Shown: positions 36,456 through 46,268 of the stretch, piece after piece
Numbering within the stretch: position 1 is the first letter of the stretch
Layout: each line of letters begins with the position of its first letter
NCBI GenBank assembly: GCA_017744355.1
Contig: JAGIBK010000008.1
Span: forward strand, 17,461 to 81,460
DNA length: 64,000 bases
DNA from: a bacterium
Lineage (GTDB): Bacteria > Cyanobacteriota > Sericytochromatia > S15B-MN24 > UBA4093
Reading direction: 5' to 3'
Notes under the pieces: model-generated
The model's database searches: none
What the model was told of the DNA's origin: nothing
What the model saw: only the letters and a program-made list of their open reading frames with translations
Translations under genes and position numbers: made by a program

Positions 36456-36485
36456 TTGACAAACCGCTACGCCGGGTGATACAAA
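36456..36485 (+). promoter_or_regulatory. candidate hrcA operon promoter
   Basis: TTGACA (36456-36461), 18 nt spacer, TACAAA (36480-36485) with an upstream TG. The CIRCE element begins 6 nt downstream. Confidence 0.5.
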
Positions 36486-36490
36486 AGGTG

Positions 36491-36517
36491 TTAGCACTCT
36501 GCTGCGGTGAGTGCTAA
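36491..36517 (+). promoter_or_regulatory. CIRCE operator (HrcA binding site)
   Basis: Perfect match to the consensus TTAGCACTC-N9-GAGTGCTAA, directly upstream of hrcA. Confidence 0.95.
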
Positions 36518-36596
36518 CGGACCCACGAGAACCGACGAGTAAGCGAGCAGCGAAGCGCAAGCGGCCCCTCGAGTCTGATCTCAGGAATCTTAGGGC

Positions 36597-37670
36597 GTGA
36601 TGTTTGGAAACGACTTTCGGCTGACGCCGAGAAAGCAGCACATCCTGCGCGCGGTAATCCGCGACTACATCCAGACCGCCGAGCCGGTCGGGTCCCGCAC
36701 GCTCTCCAAGAAGTACGATCTGGGCCTGTCCCCTGCGACCATCCGCAACGAGCTCTCCGATCTCGAAGAGGAGGGCCTGCTCAAGCAGCCCCACACTTCT
36801 TCCGGCCGCGTGCCCTCGGATCACGGCTACCGCGTCTTCGTCGACAACCTGATGGAGCCGGGGGCGCTCAGTCCCGAGCAGCGCGAGCAGCTGGCGCGCA
36901 ACCCCTTGGCCGCCCAGGAGCTCCCCGAGCTCATGGTACAGACGGCCAAGCTCACGGCGGTGCTCGCGGGCTGCACGGCGATCGTGCGCGCTCCGCGGCA
37001 GGCCGACAGCAAGATCAAGTTCATCCAGCTGATGCCCGTGGCCGAGCAGGAGGTCCTGCTCATCCTGCTCACCGACCGGGGGCAGGTCTCAAACCAGCTC
37101 ATCCGCTTGCCTGAGCCCCTCTCGACCGAGGAGCTCATGATCGTCGCCAACTTCCTCAACGAGCAGTTGCGCGATCGCCCCCTGGATCAGCTCACCCAGG
37201 ACGCGCTCACCTCGGTGAGTGCCAAGCTCTCGGCCTATCACGAGGTGCTCTCGGCTCTGTGGGATCGCATCCCCCGCACCAAGCCCAGCGAGCGCCTCTA
37301 CCTGGGCCACCAGTCGTACCTGGCCCAGCAGCCCGAGTTCAACGAGATGGGCAAGGTGGGCCAGCTCTTGAGCCTGCTCGAGCACGACCGGGTCATGATC
37401 GATCTCATGGACACGCTCGCCTCGGGGGCCAAGGAAGGTGCTCGGATCGCCATCGGCTCCGAGAATCCACTCTCGGACTTCAGGGAGTGCTCGGTGATCG
37501 CCGCGCCCTACCGCCTCGGCGAGCAGGTCCTCGGCGAGATCGCCGTGATCGGCCCGACCCGGATGCACTACGCGATGGCGATCGCCGCCGTCGAGGCCAT
37601 GGCCGAGCGCCTCAGCTCGGCGCTTACCGACCTCTATGGGCTGGAGCCGCCGCCCGGCCCTCGTCCCTAG
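36597..37670 (+). CDS. hrcA: heat-inducible transcription repressor HrcA
   Basis: LTPRKQHILRAVIRDYIQTAEPVGSRTLSKKY...SPATIRNELSDLEEEGLL.QPHTSSGRVPS. GTG 36597 or ATG 36600. Confidence 0.95.
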   Translation: MMFGNDFRLTPRKQHILRAVIRDYIQTAEPVGSRTLSKKYDLGLSPATIRNELSDLEEEGLLKQPHTSSGRVPSDHGYRVFVDNLMEPGALSPEQREQLARNPLAAQELPELMVQTAKLTAVLAGCTAIVRAPRQADSKIKFIQLMPVAEQEVLLILLTDRGQVSNQLIRLPEPLSTEELMIVANFLNEQLRDRPLDQLTQDALTSVSAKLSAYHEVLSALWDRIPRTKPSERLYLGHQSYLAQQPEFNEMGKVGQLLSLLEHDRVMIDLMDTLASGAKEGARIAIGSENPLSDFRECSVIAAPYRLGEQVLGEIAVIGPTRMHYAMAIAAVEAMAERLSSALTDLYGLEPPPGPRP

Positions 37671-37706
37671 TTTCGGCGCCCGCATCACACCCACAGGAGG
37701 GATATT

Positions 37707-38268
37707 TTGGCAGAAGAAGAACTCAAGGAGGCGACTGTTCCCGAGTCCGCCGCCGACGAGAAGGACCAGCGCCTCGCGGAGCTGGAAGGCCAGTACAAGC
37801 GCCTGGCGGCGGATTTCGAGAACTACCGCCGGCGCCAGACCCAGGAGCGCGAAGAGCTGGTCAAGTTCGCCGCCTCCCGCGTCTTCGAGAACCTGCTGCC
37901 GGTCGTCGACAACCTCGAGCGCGCGATCGCAAGCTCCCGGAAGGCTACCGACGTCCAGCAGGTGCTCACGGGAGTCGAGCTGATTCAGCGCCAGATGATG
38001 GACTTCCTCACCAAGTCGGGGGTCGTGCCCATGGAAGCCCAGGGCACGCCCTTCGACCCCAACCTGCACGAGGCGATCGCCCAGATCGAGACGAGCGAGG
38101 CTCCGGACCAGTCGGTGCTCGCCGAGGTCCTGCGGGGCTACTACCTCAACGGGAAGGTCCTGCGCCACGCGATGGTGCAGGTCGCCAACAACCCCAACGC
38201 CACACTCAACACCGAACCAAAGACCGAGATGGCGGCCAACGCCGCCGACTCGCATAAGGAGGACAACC

Positions 38269-38276
<8 letters not shown>
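37707..38276 (+). CDS. grpE: nucleotide exchange factor GrpE
   Basis: TTG start. [13 protein letters not shown]...[11 protein letters not shown]...FDPNLHEA. Confidence 0.95.
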
Positions 38277-40167
<1,891 letters not shown>

Positions 40168-40180
40168 TCCATCCATCCCC

Positions 40181-40209
40181 ACGAGGGGCCAGATCGTCTG
40201 GCCCCTCGT
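40181..40209 (+). terminator. intercistronic stem-loop between dnaK and dnaJ (attenuator or mRNA stabiliser)
   Basis: 13-bp perfect stem ACGAGGGGCCAGA / TCTGGCCCCTCGT. No T run. Confidence 0.45.
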
Positions 40210-40227
40210 TAGTCCCAAGTTGAGGCC

Positions 40228-41382
40228 ATGAGCACCAAACGCGATTACTACGAGGTCCTGGGCGTCGCCAAGAACGCCACGGACGACGAGCTCAAGAAGA
40301 GCTACCGCAAGCTAGCGCGCCAGTACCACCCGGACATCAACAAAGAGCCCGGGGCCGAGGAGAGCTTCAAGGAGGTCACCGAGGCCTACGAGGTCCTCTC
40401 GGACGCCCAGAAGCGCCAGCGCTACGACCAGTTCGGCCACGCCGCCTCGCAAGGGGGCTTCGGCGCGGGCGGGCCTGGTTTCGAGGGCTTCGAGGGGTTC
40501 GGCGGCTTCAGCGACATCTTCGAGGCCTTCTTCGGCGGCGGAGCGGCCGGCGGGCCCGGCGCGCGCCGCCGGCGGGGTCCCGAGCGGGGCGCCGACCTGC
40601 GCTTCGACCTGGAGCTGGCCTTCCGCGACGCGGTCTTCGGCAGCGAGCAGACCATCGACCTCTTCCACCTGGAAAAGTGCGACGACTGCTCGGGCTCGGG
40701 CGCCAAGGAAGGCAGCGCCGTCTCGACTTGCGGCCTCTGCCAGGGCACCGGTCAGATCACCCAGACCCAGCGCACCATCTTCGGCCAGTTCTCCCAGGTG
40801 GCGACCTGTCCCAAGTGCTCGGGCGAGGGCAAGGTCATCGAGACCCCCTGCGGCACCTGCAAGGGGGCCGGTCGCAACAAGAAGGCCAAGAAGCTCTCGG
40901 TCAAGGTGCCGGCGGGCGTCGACACCGGCGCGCGCCTGCGCGTGACCGGCGAGGGCGACGTGGGCCCCAAGGGTGGCCCTGCGGGCGACCTCTACATCGT
41001 CCTGCACGTCAAGGACGACGAGCACTTCGAGCGCCAGGACACCGAGCTCTTCTACACCGAGGCCATCACCTTCCCGCAGGCGGCCTTGGGCGACGAGGTC
41101 CAGGTGCCGACCCTCGAGGGCACCGAGAACATCAAGATCCCGGCGGGCACCCAGCACGGCACCACCTTCGTCCTCAAGGGCCAGGGCGTGCCTTTGCTCG
41201 GGGATCCCAAGGGCCGTCGTGGTGACCTGCACGTGGAGGTCAAGATCGCAGTGCCGACCAAGCTCTCCGACGAGGAGGCCGACCTGCTCCGTCGCTACGA
41301 CGAGGTCGCCAAGAAGAAGGCCGAGCACCACGGCGTCAACTGGATGGACATGCTCAAGAGCGCCCTGGGCGGCAAGCACTAG
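40228..41382 (+). CDS. dnaJ: molecular chaperone DnaJ
   Basis: J domain DYYEVLGV...YHPD, Gly/Phe-rich region, and four CxxCxGxG zinc repeats. Confidence 0.97.
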   Translation: MSTKRDYYEVLGVAKNATDDELKKSYRKLARQYHPDINKEPGAEESFKEVTEAYEVLSDAQKRQRYDQFGHAASQGGFGAGGPGFEGFEGFGGFSDIFEAFFGGGAAGGPGARRRRGPERGADLRFDLELAFRDAVFGSEQTIDLFHLEKCDDCSGSGAKEGSAVSTCGLCQGTGQITQTQRTIFGQFSQVATCPKCSGEGKVIETPCGTCKGAGRNKKAKKLSVKVPAGVDTGARLRVTGEGDVGPKGGPAGDLYIVLHVKDDEHFERQDTELFYTEAITFPQAALGDEVQVPTLEGTENIKIPAGTQHGTTFVLKGQGVPLLGDPKGRRGDLHVEVKIAVPTKLSDEEADLLRRYDEVAKKKAEHHGVNWMDMLKSALGGKH

Positions 41383-41390
41383 CCCAAAGC

Positions 41391-41422
41391 GAAAGCCCCC
41401 CGACTCGGGGGGCTTTCTTCGT
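41391..41422. terminator. terminator hairpin after dnaJ
   Basis: GAAAGCCCCCCGA / TCGGGGGGCTTTC stem, followed by TTCGTT. Shared with the convergent small ORF. Confidence 0.65.
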
Positions 41423-41610
41423 TAAATACCCTTGTCCAGGCGCTTGAGGCGCTGCTCCTCGACCATCTTGAGGGCCTGGTAGGTGAGGAAGTCGTTGTAG
41501 TCGGGATCGCCCGGGTTGGGGGTGTGATCCCGGAACCGGTCTTCCAGTGCATTCTTCTGCAGGATCTGGGTGGCCTTGACCGGGTTATTCGAACGCTGTT
41601 CGTCTGACAT
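41422..41610 (-). CDS. hypothetical 62-aa protein
   Basis: Native-like codon bias, GGAGAT upstream of the ATG. No recognisable motif. Confidence 0.45.
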   Translation of the reverse strand: MSDEQRSNNPVKATQILQKNALEDRFRDHTPNPGDPDYNDFLTYQALKMVEEQRLKRLDKGI

Positions 41611-41703
41611 GACATATCTCCAGAGAGACGGGGGAGCTAGCTAGGGTTTTTGTACCCAGCCAGACCCCACCTCTCACGATTTCCTCATACCGAACCTCTT
41701 CGC

Positions 41704-41732
41704 TTGCTGTGCCCCTCGGTGGGCGGTAAAAT
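41704..41732 (+). promoter_or_regulatory. candidate cysS promoter
   Basis: TTGCTG (41704-41709), 17 nt spacer, TAAAAT (41727-41732). Confidence 0.45.
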
Positions 41733-41768
41733 AAGTGTTTACGCCCCCTCGCAAGAAAGAGCAGGTCC

Positions 41769-43238
41769 ATGCTACGCGTACACAACGATCGGACCCACCA
41801 GCTGGAGGCCTTCGCGCCGCAGCACGCCCCGGACGTGACCATGTACGTCTGCGGCCCGACGGTGTACAACTTCATCCACCTGGGCAACCTGCGCTGCTTC
41901 ATCGCCTGGGACGTGGTGCGCCGCTACCTCGAGCATGCGGGCTACCGGGTCAAGCACGCCCAGAACTTCACCGACGTGGACGACAAGATCATCCGCGACG
42001 CGGCGATCGCGGGCGAGCCCTGGGATGCCTTTGCCGAGCGCTTCATCCGCGAGTTCTTCCTCGACGCGGACGCCTTCAACATCCGCCGGGCCCACGTCTA
42101 CCCCAAGGCCACCGAGCACATCCACGACATGGTCGCCCACATCGAGGGGCTGATCGCCAAGGGCAACGCCTACGCGGTGGATGGCGACGTGTACTTCGCC
42201 GTCGAAACCTTCGAGACCTACGGCTGCCTCTCGGGTCGGTCCCTGGAGCAGATGCAGGCGGGCGCGCGGGTCGAGGTGGACGAGCGCAAGCGCAACCCCA
42301 TGGACTTCGCCCTCTGGAAGGCCGCGAAGCCCGGTGAGCCCGCCTGGGACAGCCCCTGGGGCCCCGGCCGCCCCGGCTGGCACATCGAGTGCTCGGCCAT
42401 GGTCCGCAAGCACCTGGGCGACACCATCGACCTGCACACGGGCGGGCTGGACCTCACCTTCCCCCACCACGAGAACGAGATCGCCCAGAGCGAGGCTCTC
42501 ACGGGCCACACGTTCGCTCGCTACTGGCTCCACAACGGCTTCTTGACCATCGACGCCGAGAAGATGTCCAAGAGCCTGGGCAACTTCGCCACCGCCCGTG
42601 ACGTGCGGAACCTCTACGATCCGCAGGACGTGCGCTTCTTCATGCTGGGCACCCACTACCGCCAGGAGCTCGATTTCTCGGACGAGGCCATCCGGGCGGC
42701 GGGCACGGGCCTTGCGCGCCTGCGCAAGAGCCTCGCGCGCCACAAGGACCACCTGGTCGTGCCCACCGAGGCGGTGAAGGCCCTCCAGGACCACCTGACG
42801 GAGGCCTTCCGGGCGGCCATGGACGAGGACTTCAACACCTCCAAGGCCCTGGCGGTCCTGTTCGAGGGGGCCAAGGCCATCGGCGAGCTCAAGGGCACCG
42901 ACGAGGCGGCCGCGGGCCACGTGGTCAAGACCCTCTTCGACCTGGCTGACGATGTGCTCGGCATCGACCTTGCGACCCTGCCGGCCGAGAACCGGGACCT
43001 GTCGGATCTCGCCGACGCCCTTTCGGCGCTCGCGACCGAGTTCGGCGTCGACGGCGAGACCTCCGAGGCGCGCCTGGAGGCCCTCATCGCCCGCCGGGCC
43101 TCGGCCAAGGCCGCCAAGGAGTGGGCCGTGGCCGACGGCATCCGCAATCGCCTCAAGGACCTGGGCGTCACCCTGATGGATCGCCCCGGCGGCGAGACCG
43201 CCTGGGAGCGCGCCGAGGCCCTGGGCATCGGGAGGTAG
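41769..43238 (+). CDS. cysS: cysteine--tRNA ligase
   Basis: MYVCGPTVYNFIHLGN (HIGH-type motif), WDSPWGPGRPGWHIECS, KMSKSLGN. Confidence 0.95.
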   Translation: MLRVHNDRTHQLEAFAPQHAPDVTMYVCGPTVYNFIHLGNLRCFIAWDVVRRYLEHAGYRVKHAQNFTDVDDKIIRDAAIAGEPWDAFAERFIREFFLDADAFNIRRAHVYPKATEHIHDMVAHIEGLIAKGNAYAVDGDVYFAVETFETYGCLSGRSLEQMQAGARVEVDERKRNPMDFALWKAAKPGEPAWDSPWGPGRPGWHIECSAMVRKHLGDTIDLHTGGLDLTFPHHENEIAQSEALTGHTFARYWLHNGFLTIDAEKMSKSLGNFATARDVRNLYDPQDVRFFMLGTHYRQELDFSDEAIRAAGTGLARLRKSLARHKDHLVVPTEAVKALQDHLTEAFRAAMDEDFNTSKALAVLFEGAKAIGELKGTDEAAAGHVVKTLFDLADDVLGIDLATLPAENRDLSDLADALSALATEFGVDGETSEARLEALIARRASAKAAKEWAVADGIRNRLKDLGVTLMDRPGGETAWERAEALGIGR

Positions 43239-43305
43239 GCCGATTTTTCCGCCCCTTCCGAAAGAGGTCGACTGGCGCCTGCTCAGCCCCCGGCTTCTCG
43301 CCTAC

Positions 43306-43656
43306 ATGGGTGATGCGGTCTACGAGCTGCACGTGCGCAGCCGGCTGATGACCGCCGATGTGCCGGTCGAGCGCCTGCATGCCGCCAAGGTTTCCCGCGT
43401 GCGCGCCTCGGCCCAGGCCGAGGCCCTGCGCTCGTTGATGCCCTCCCTCTCCGAGGCTGAGGCCGACGTGGTGCGCCGGGCGCGTAATCTGAAAAGCAAC
43501 GTGCCCAAGAACGCCTCGGTCGCCGATTATCGCCACAGCACCGCCTTCGAGGCGCTCTTGGGGATGCTCTACCTGCGAGGAGAGGGTGAGCGCCTCTCCG
43601 AGATCCTGCTTGCCACTGACTCGATTCTGGAGGCCCCTCGCCATGACCAAGCCTAA
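43306..43656 (+). CDS. mrnC: mini-ribonuclease III (start probably further upstream at a non-canonical codon)
   Basis: (LLAY)MGDAVYELHVRSRL...RARN.K...YR.STAFEALLG. The conserved leader of the motif is encoded in frame upstream of the first ATG. Confidence 0.75.
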   Translation: MGDAVYELHVRSRLMTADVPVERLHAAKVSRVRASAQAEALRSLMPSLSEAEADVVRRARNLKSNVPKNASVADYRHSTAFEALLGMLYLRGEGERLSEILLATDSILEAPRHDQA

Positions 43657-44545
43657 GCCCCATCACGCCTCCAAGCGTCCTTCGCGCGACGCCCGCCCTG
43701 TGCGCGAGGAGCGCCCCGTCCGTGAAGAGCGCCCCATCCGTGAGGAGCGGCCCGCGCCGCAGGCCGAAGCGCCCGCCGAGGCCGTCCAGGGCGACATGAT
43801 CTACGGGCGGCATGCGGTCCTCTCGATGCTGGAGGGCGATCGCCCCGTCAACAAGATCTGGATGCTGCGATCGCTCGAGAAGGAAGCCCTCTTCCCGAAG
43901 GTGCGCCAGCTCGCCAAGGCCAAGGGCGCGAGCGTCCAGCTCACCGAGCGCGGCAAGCTGGACCAGCTGACCTCGGGTGCTGCTCACCAGGGGATCGTCG
44001 CCTCGGTGGCGACCCAGGCCTACGCCGACCTGGACGAGGTGATCGAGAAGGCCAAGGCTCATCCTCAGCCCTTGGTGGTCCTCTTGGACGGGGTGGAGGA
44101 TCCGCACAACCTCGGCGCCATCATCCGCAGCGCCGAGTGCGCCGGCGCCCACGGGGTGGTCATCCCCCAGCGCCGCTCGGCTTCGCTCACCGGGGTGGTC
44201 GAGAAGACGGCCGCCGGTGCCCTTGCCCACATGCCGGTGGCGCGGGTGGTGAACCTGCCCCGGGCCATCGAGGAACTCAAAGAAGCGGGCTTCTGGGTCG
44301 TAGGGGCCGAGGCCTCGGGCGATCGCTGGCTCTACGACGTGGACCTCACCGGCCCGATCGCGCTGGTGATCGGCAGCGAGGGCGAGGGGATGCACCGTCT
44401 GGTCACCGAGAAGTGCGACTTCGTCGCCAAGCTCCCCTTGCTGGGCAAGACGACCTCGCTCAACGCCTCGGTGGCTGCTGGGGTCATGCTCTACGAAGCG
44501 GTACGCCAGCGGATTGCCAAGGATCCGGGCTTGCTGAAGGCCTGA
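43643..44545 (+). CDS. rlmB: 23S rRNA (guanosine-2'-O-)-methyltransferase RlmB (SpoU/TrmH family) with repeat-bearing N-terminal extension
   Basis: IYGRHAVLSMLE..., LDGVEDPHNLGAIIRSAE, IGSEGEGM, LNASVAAGVMLYE. Overlaps mrnC by 14 nt. Confidence 0.9.
   Translation: MTKPKPHHASKRPSRDARPVREERPVREERPIREERPAPQAEAPAEAVQGDMIYGRHAVLSMLEGDRPVNKIWMLRSLEKEALFPKVRQLAKAKGASVQLTERGKLDQLTSGAAHQGIVASVATQAYADLDEVIEKAKAHPQPLVVLLDGVEDPHNLGAIIRSAECAGAHGVVIPQRRSASLTGVVEKTAAGALAHMPVARVVNLPRAIEELKEAGFWVVGAEASGDRWLYDVDLTGPIALVIGSEGEGMHRLVTEKCDFVAKLPLLGKTTSLNASVAAGVMLYEAVRQRIAKDPGLLKA
43694..43753 (+). repeat. in-frame 18-nt tandem repeat (about 3.3 copies) encoding RPVREE units
   Basis: CGCCCTGTGCGCGAGGAG / CGCCCCGTCCGTGAAGAG / CGCCCCATCCGTGAGGAG / CGGCCC..., inside the rlmB 5' region. 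Confidence 0.85.
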
Positions 44546-44631
44546 GTGGCCGGCGCTTGAAGCAGATGGATGCTTGTCGGGTATAACGGAAGAGGCGATC
44601 GCCCGATCCAGACGAAAGGCTTCCCTCTCTC

Positions 44632-45105
44632 ATGCGCACTCTCCCGGCAACCTTGGCCGTCGTAGCGCTCCTTGCGGGGCTCATCGGCTGCACCAGCTAC
44701 CCGCCGCTTCCCGTGGATGATCAGAAGGGCACATCGGGAAGCGATACTTCGGGTCGCAAGATCGAGGCCGTCACCATCACGCCCGAAGAGGCGACCCTCA
44801 GCGTCCCGCCGCAGAACCCCAATCTGGCCTCGGCAGGCTTCGCGACCTCGCTCCAGCTCGATGCCCGCGTGGTGCTCGAGGGTGGCGATCTCCTCGACGG
44901 GGATCTGGTCTGGACCTCCTCCAATCCCGAGCTGGTCCAGGTCGACGCCCGCGGCTACGTCAGCACCGTGCGCACCACGGGCGGCGCCAAGCCCTCGCTC
45001 GAGCCCGTGATCCTCAAGGCCACCTCCCGCCGCGCCCCTGAGAAGTCGGCCACGGTCACCATCACGGTGGTGGACGAGGGCACGACCGTCGTCCAGCTCC
45101 AGTAG
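44632..45105 (+). CDS. lipoprotein with a bacterial Ig-like (Big_2) domain
   Basis: Lipobox LLAGLIGC. VTITPEEATL...LVWTSSNPELVQVDARGYVS...ATVTITV. Confidence 0.7.
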   Translation: MRTLPATLAVVALLAGLIGCTSYPPLPVDDQKGTSGSDTSGRKIEAVTITPEEATLSVPPQNPNLASAGFATSLQLDARVVLEGGDLLDGDLVWTSSNPELVQVDARGYVSTVRTTGGAKPSLEPVILKATSRRAPEKSATVTITVVDEGTTVVQLQ

Positions 45106-45112
45106 GTCCGCG

Positions 45113-46183
45113 ATGAAGAAGCAAACGACCTTCGCGGCCCTCCTCACCTTCGCGCTGCTCGCCGGCTGCACCGCCTCCCTCGCGCCGATCTCGGATCGCG
45201 CCGCCGCCCCGCAGGCGCCTGCCTCTCAGCGACCCGCGACGAGCAACGAAGGCGAGCTGCGCATCGGCATCCGCTGGCCTGATCGCAACGTGCAGGCGAT
45301 CCCCCTGAGCGCCAACTCTGCCACCGTCTGGCTCTACGACTCGGCCGGGCGCCTCATGACTCAAGCCAGCGTCCAGCGTCCCACCGAGGGGAATCTCTCC
45401 TCCCAGGTCTTCTTCCGGGTCAAGGCGACCATGGGGGTGCGCGTCGTCGCCAAGCTGTACGAGCAGACGACGCCCAGCGCCAACGACGTCCCAGTCGCCA
45501 TGGGCACGGGCAACGTGGACATCTACGCCAATAACGTCAACTTCGTCGCCATCACCATGGACCCGCTCATCGAGCCCACCCTCGCGGTGCTCACCCCCTC
45601 TTACGGCGGGGTGGGCAAGGAGATCGTCATCTCGGGAGCCTTCCTCGGCGAGAGCCAGGATTGGCCCGTCACCGTCAAGTTCACCGGGATCCCCGCGACC
45701 TCGGTGACCCGCGTCAGCGACGAGGAGATCCGGGCCACCGTGCCTGCGGGCGCCGTCTCGGGCGACGTGGAGGTGGCGGTGGACGGCATCCGCAAGACCC
45801 TCCCCTTCGAGGTGCTCGTTGATCTGGCCTTCGAGAATCTGAATGGCCAGCAGCAGGCCTACCGGATCGTGCCGCTCACCTGCATCGGGACCTTCACCAA
45901 CGGCAGCAGGCGCCAGGTGGATGCCCTGACCTGGAGCTCCTCGAATCATGGGGTCGCCACGGTGGATCAGAACGGCCTCTTGCGCCCCGTCGCGCCGGGG
46001 ACGGCGAAAATCACCGCCGCCTCGGGCGGTGTGAACAAAGAGGGCACGGTCACGGTGAGCACCACCGGTGCCGTCGTGTTCGTGGCCGTCAAGGTGCCCC
46101 AATCCGGCATGGGCACAGTGGGTGTCCCCATCAACCTTCCTTCGGCCGCACCCGGTAACCTGCCCGTCATCTCGGACCCCTAA
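45113..46183 (+). CDS. lipoprotein with IPT/TIG-like and Big_2 domains
   Basis: Lipobox ALLAGC. LTPSYGGVGKEIVISGAFLG...VTRVSDEEIRATVPAGAVSGDVEV is IPT-like. LTWSSSNHGVATVDQNGLLRPVAPGTAKITAAS is Big_2. Confidence 0.7.
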   Translation: MKKQTTFAALLTFALLAGCTASLAPISDRAAAPQAPASQRPATSNEGELRIGIRWPDRNVQAIPLSANSATVWLYDSAGRLMTQASVQRPTEGNLSSQVFFRVKATMGVRVVAKLYEQTTPSANDVPVAMGTGNVDIYANNVNFVAITMDPLIEPTLAVLTPSYGGVGKEIVISGAFLGESQDWPVTVKFTGIPATSVTRVSDEEIRATVPAGAVSGDVEVAVDGIRKTLPFEVLVDLAFENLNGQQQAYRIVPLTCIGTFTNGSRRQVDALTWSSSNHGVATVDQNGLLRPVAPGTAKITAASGGVNKEGTVTVSTTGAVVFVAVKVPQSGMGTVGVPINLPSAAPGNLPVISDP

Positions 46184-46268
46184 CTCTTCGTCTCCCTGCC
46201 CCCTGGCGGGGCGGGGTCGGGGGTGGGGGGATCTCATCAAGTTCCTTATTTCAGGGAGAACGTTCGGA

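Noticed and set aside
41611-41768. Possible T-box or other leader riboswitch upstream of cysS
   Set aside because: There is no specifier-loop or T-box (AATTAGGGTGGTACCGCG-like) sequence and no terminator/antiterminator pair. The region is better explained by a simple promoter (TTGCTG-17-TAAAAT).
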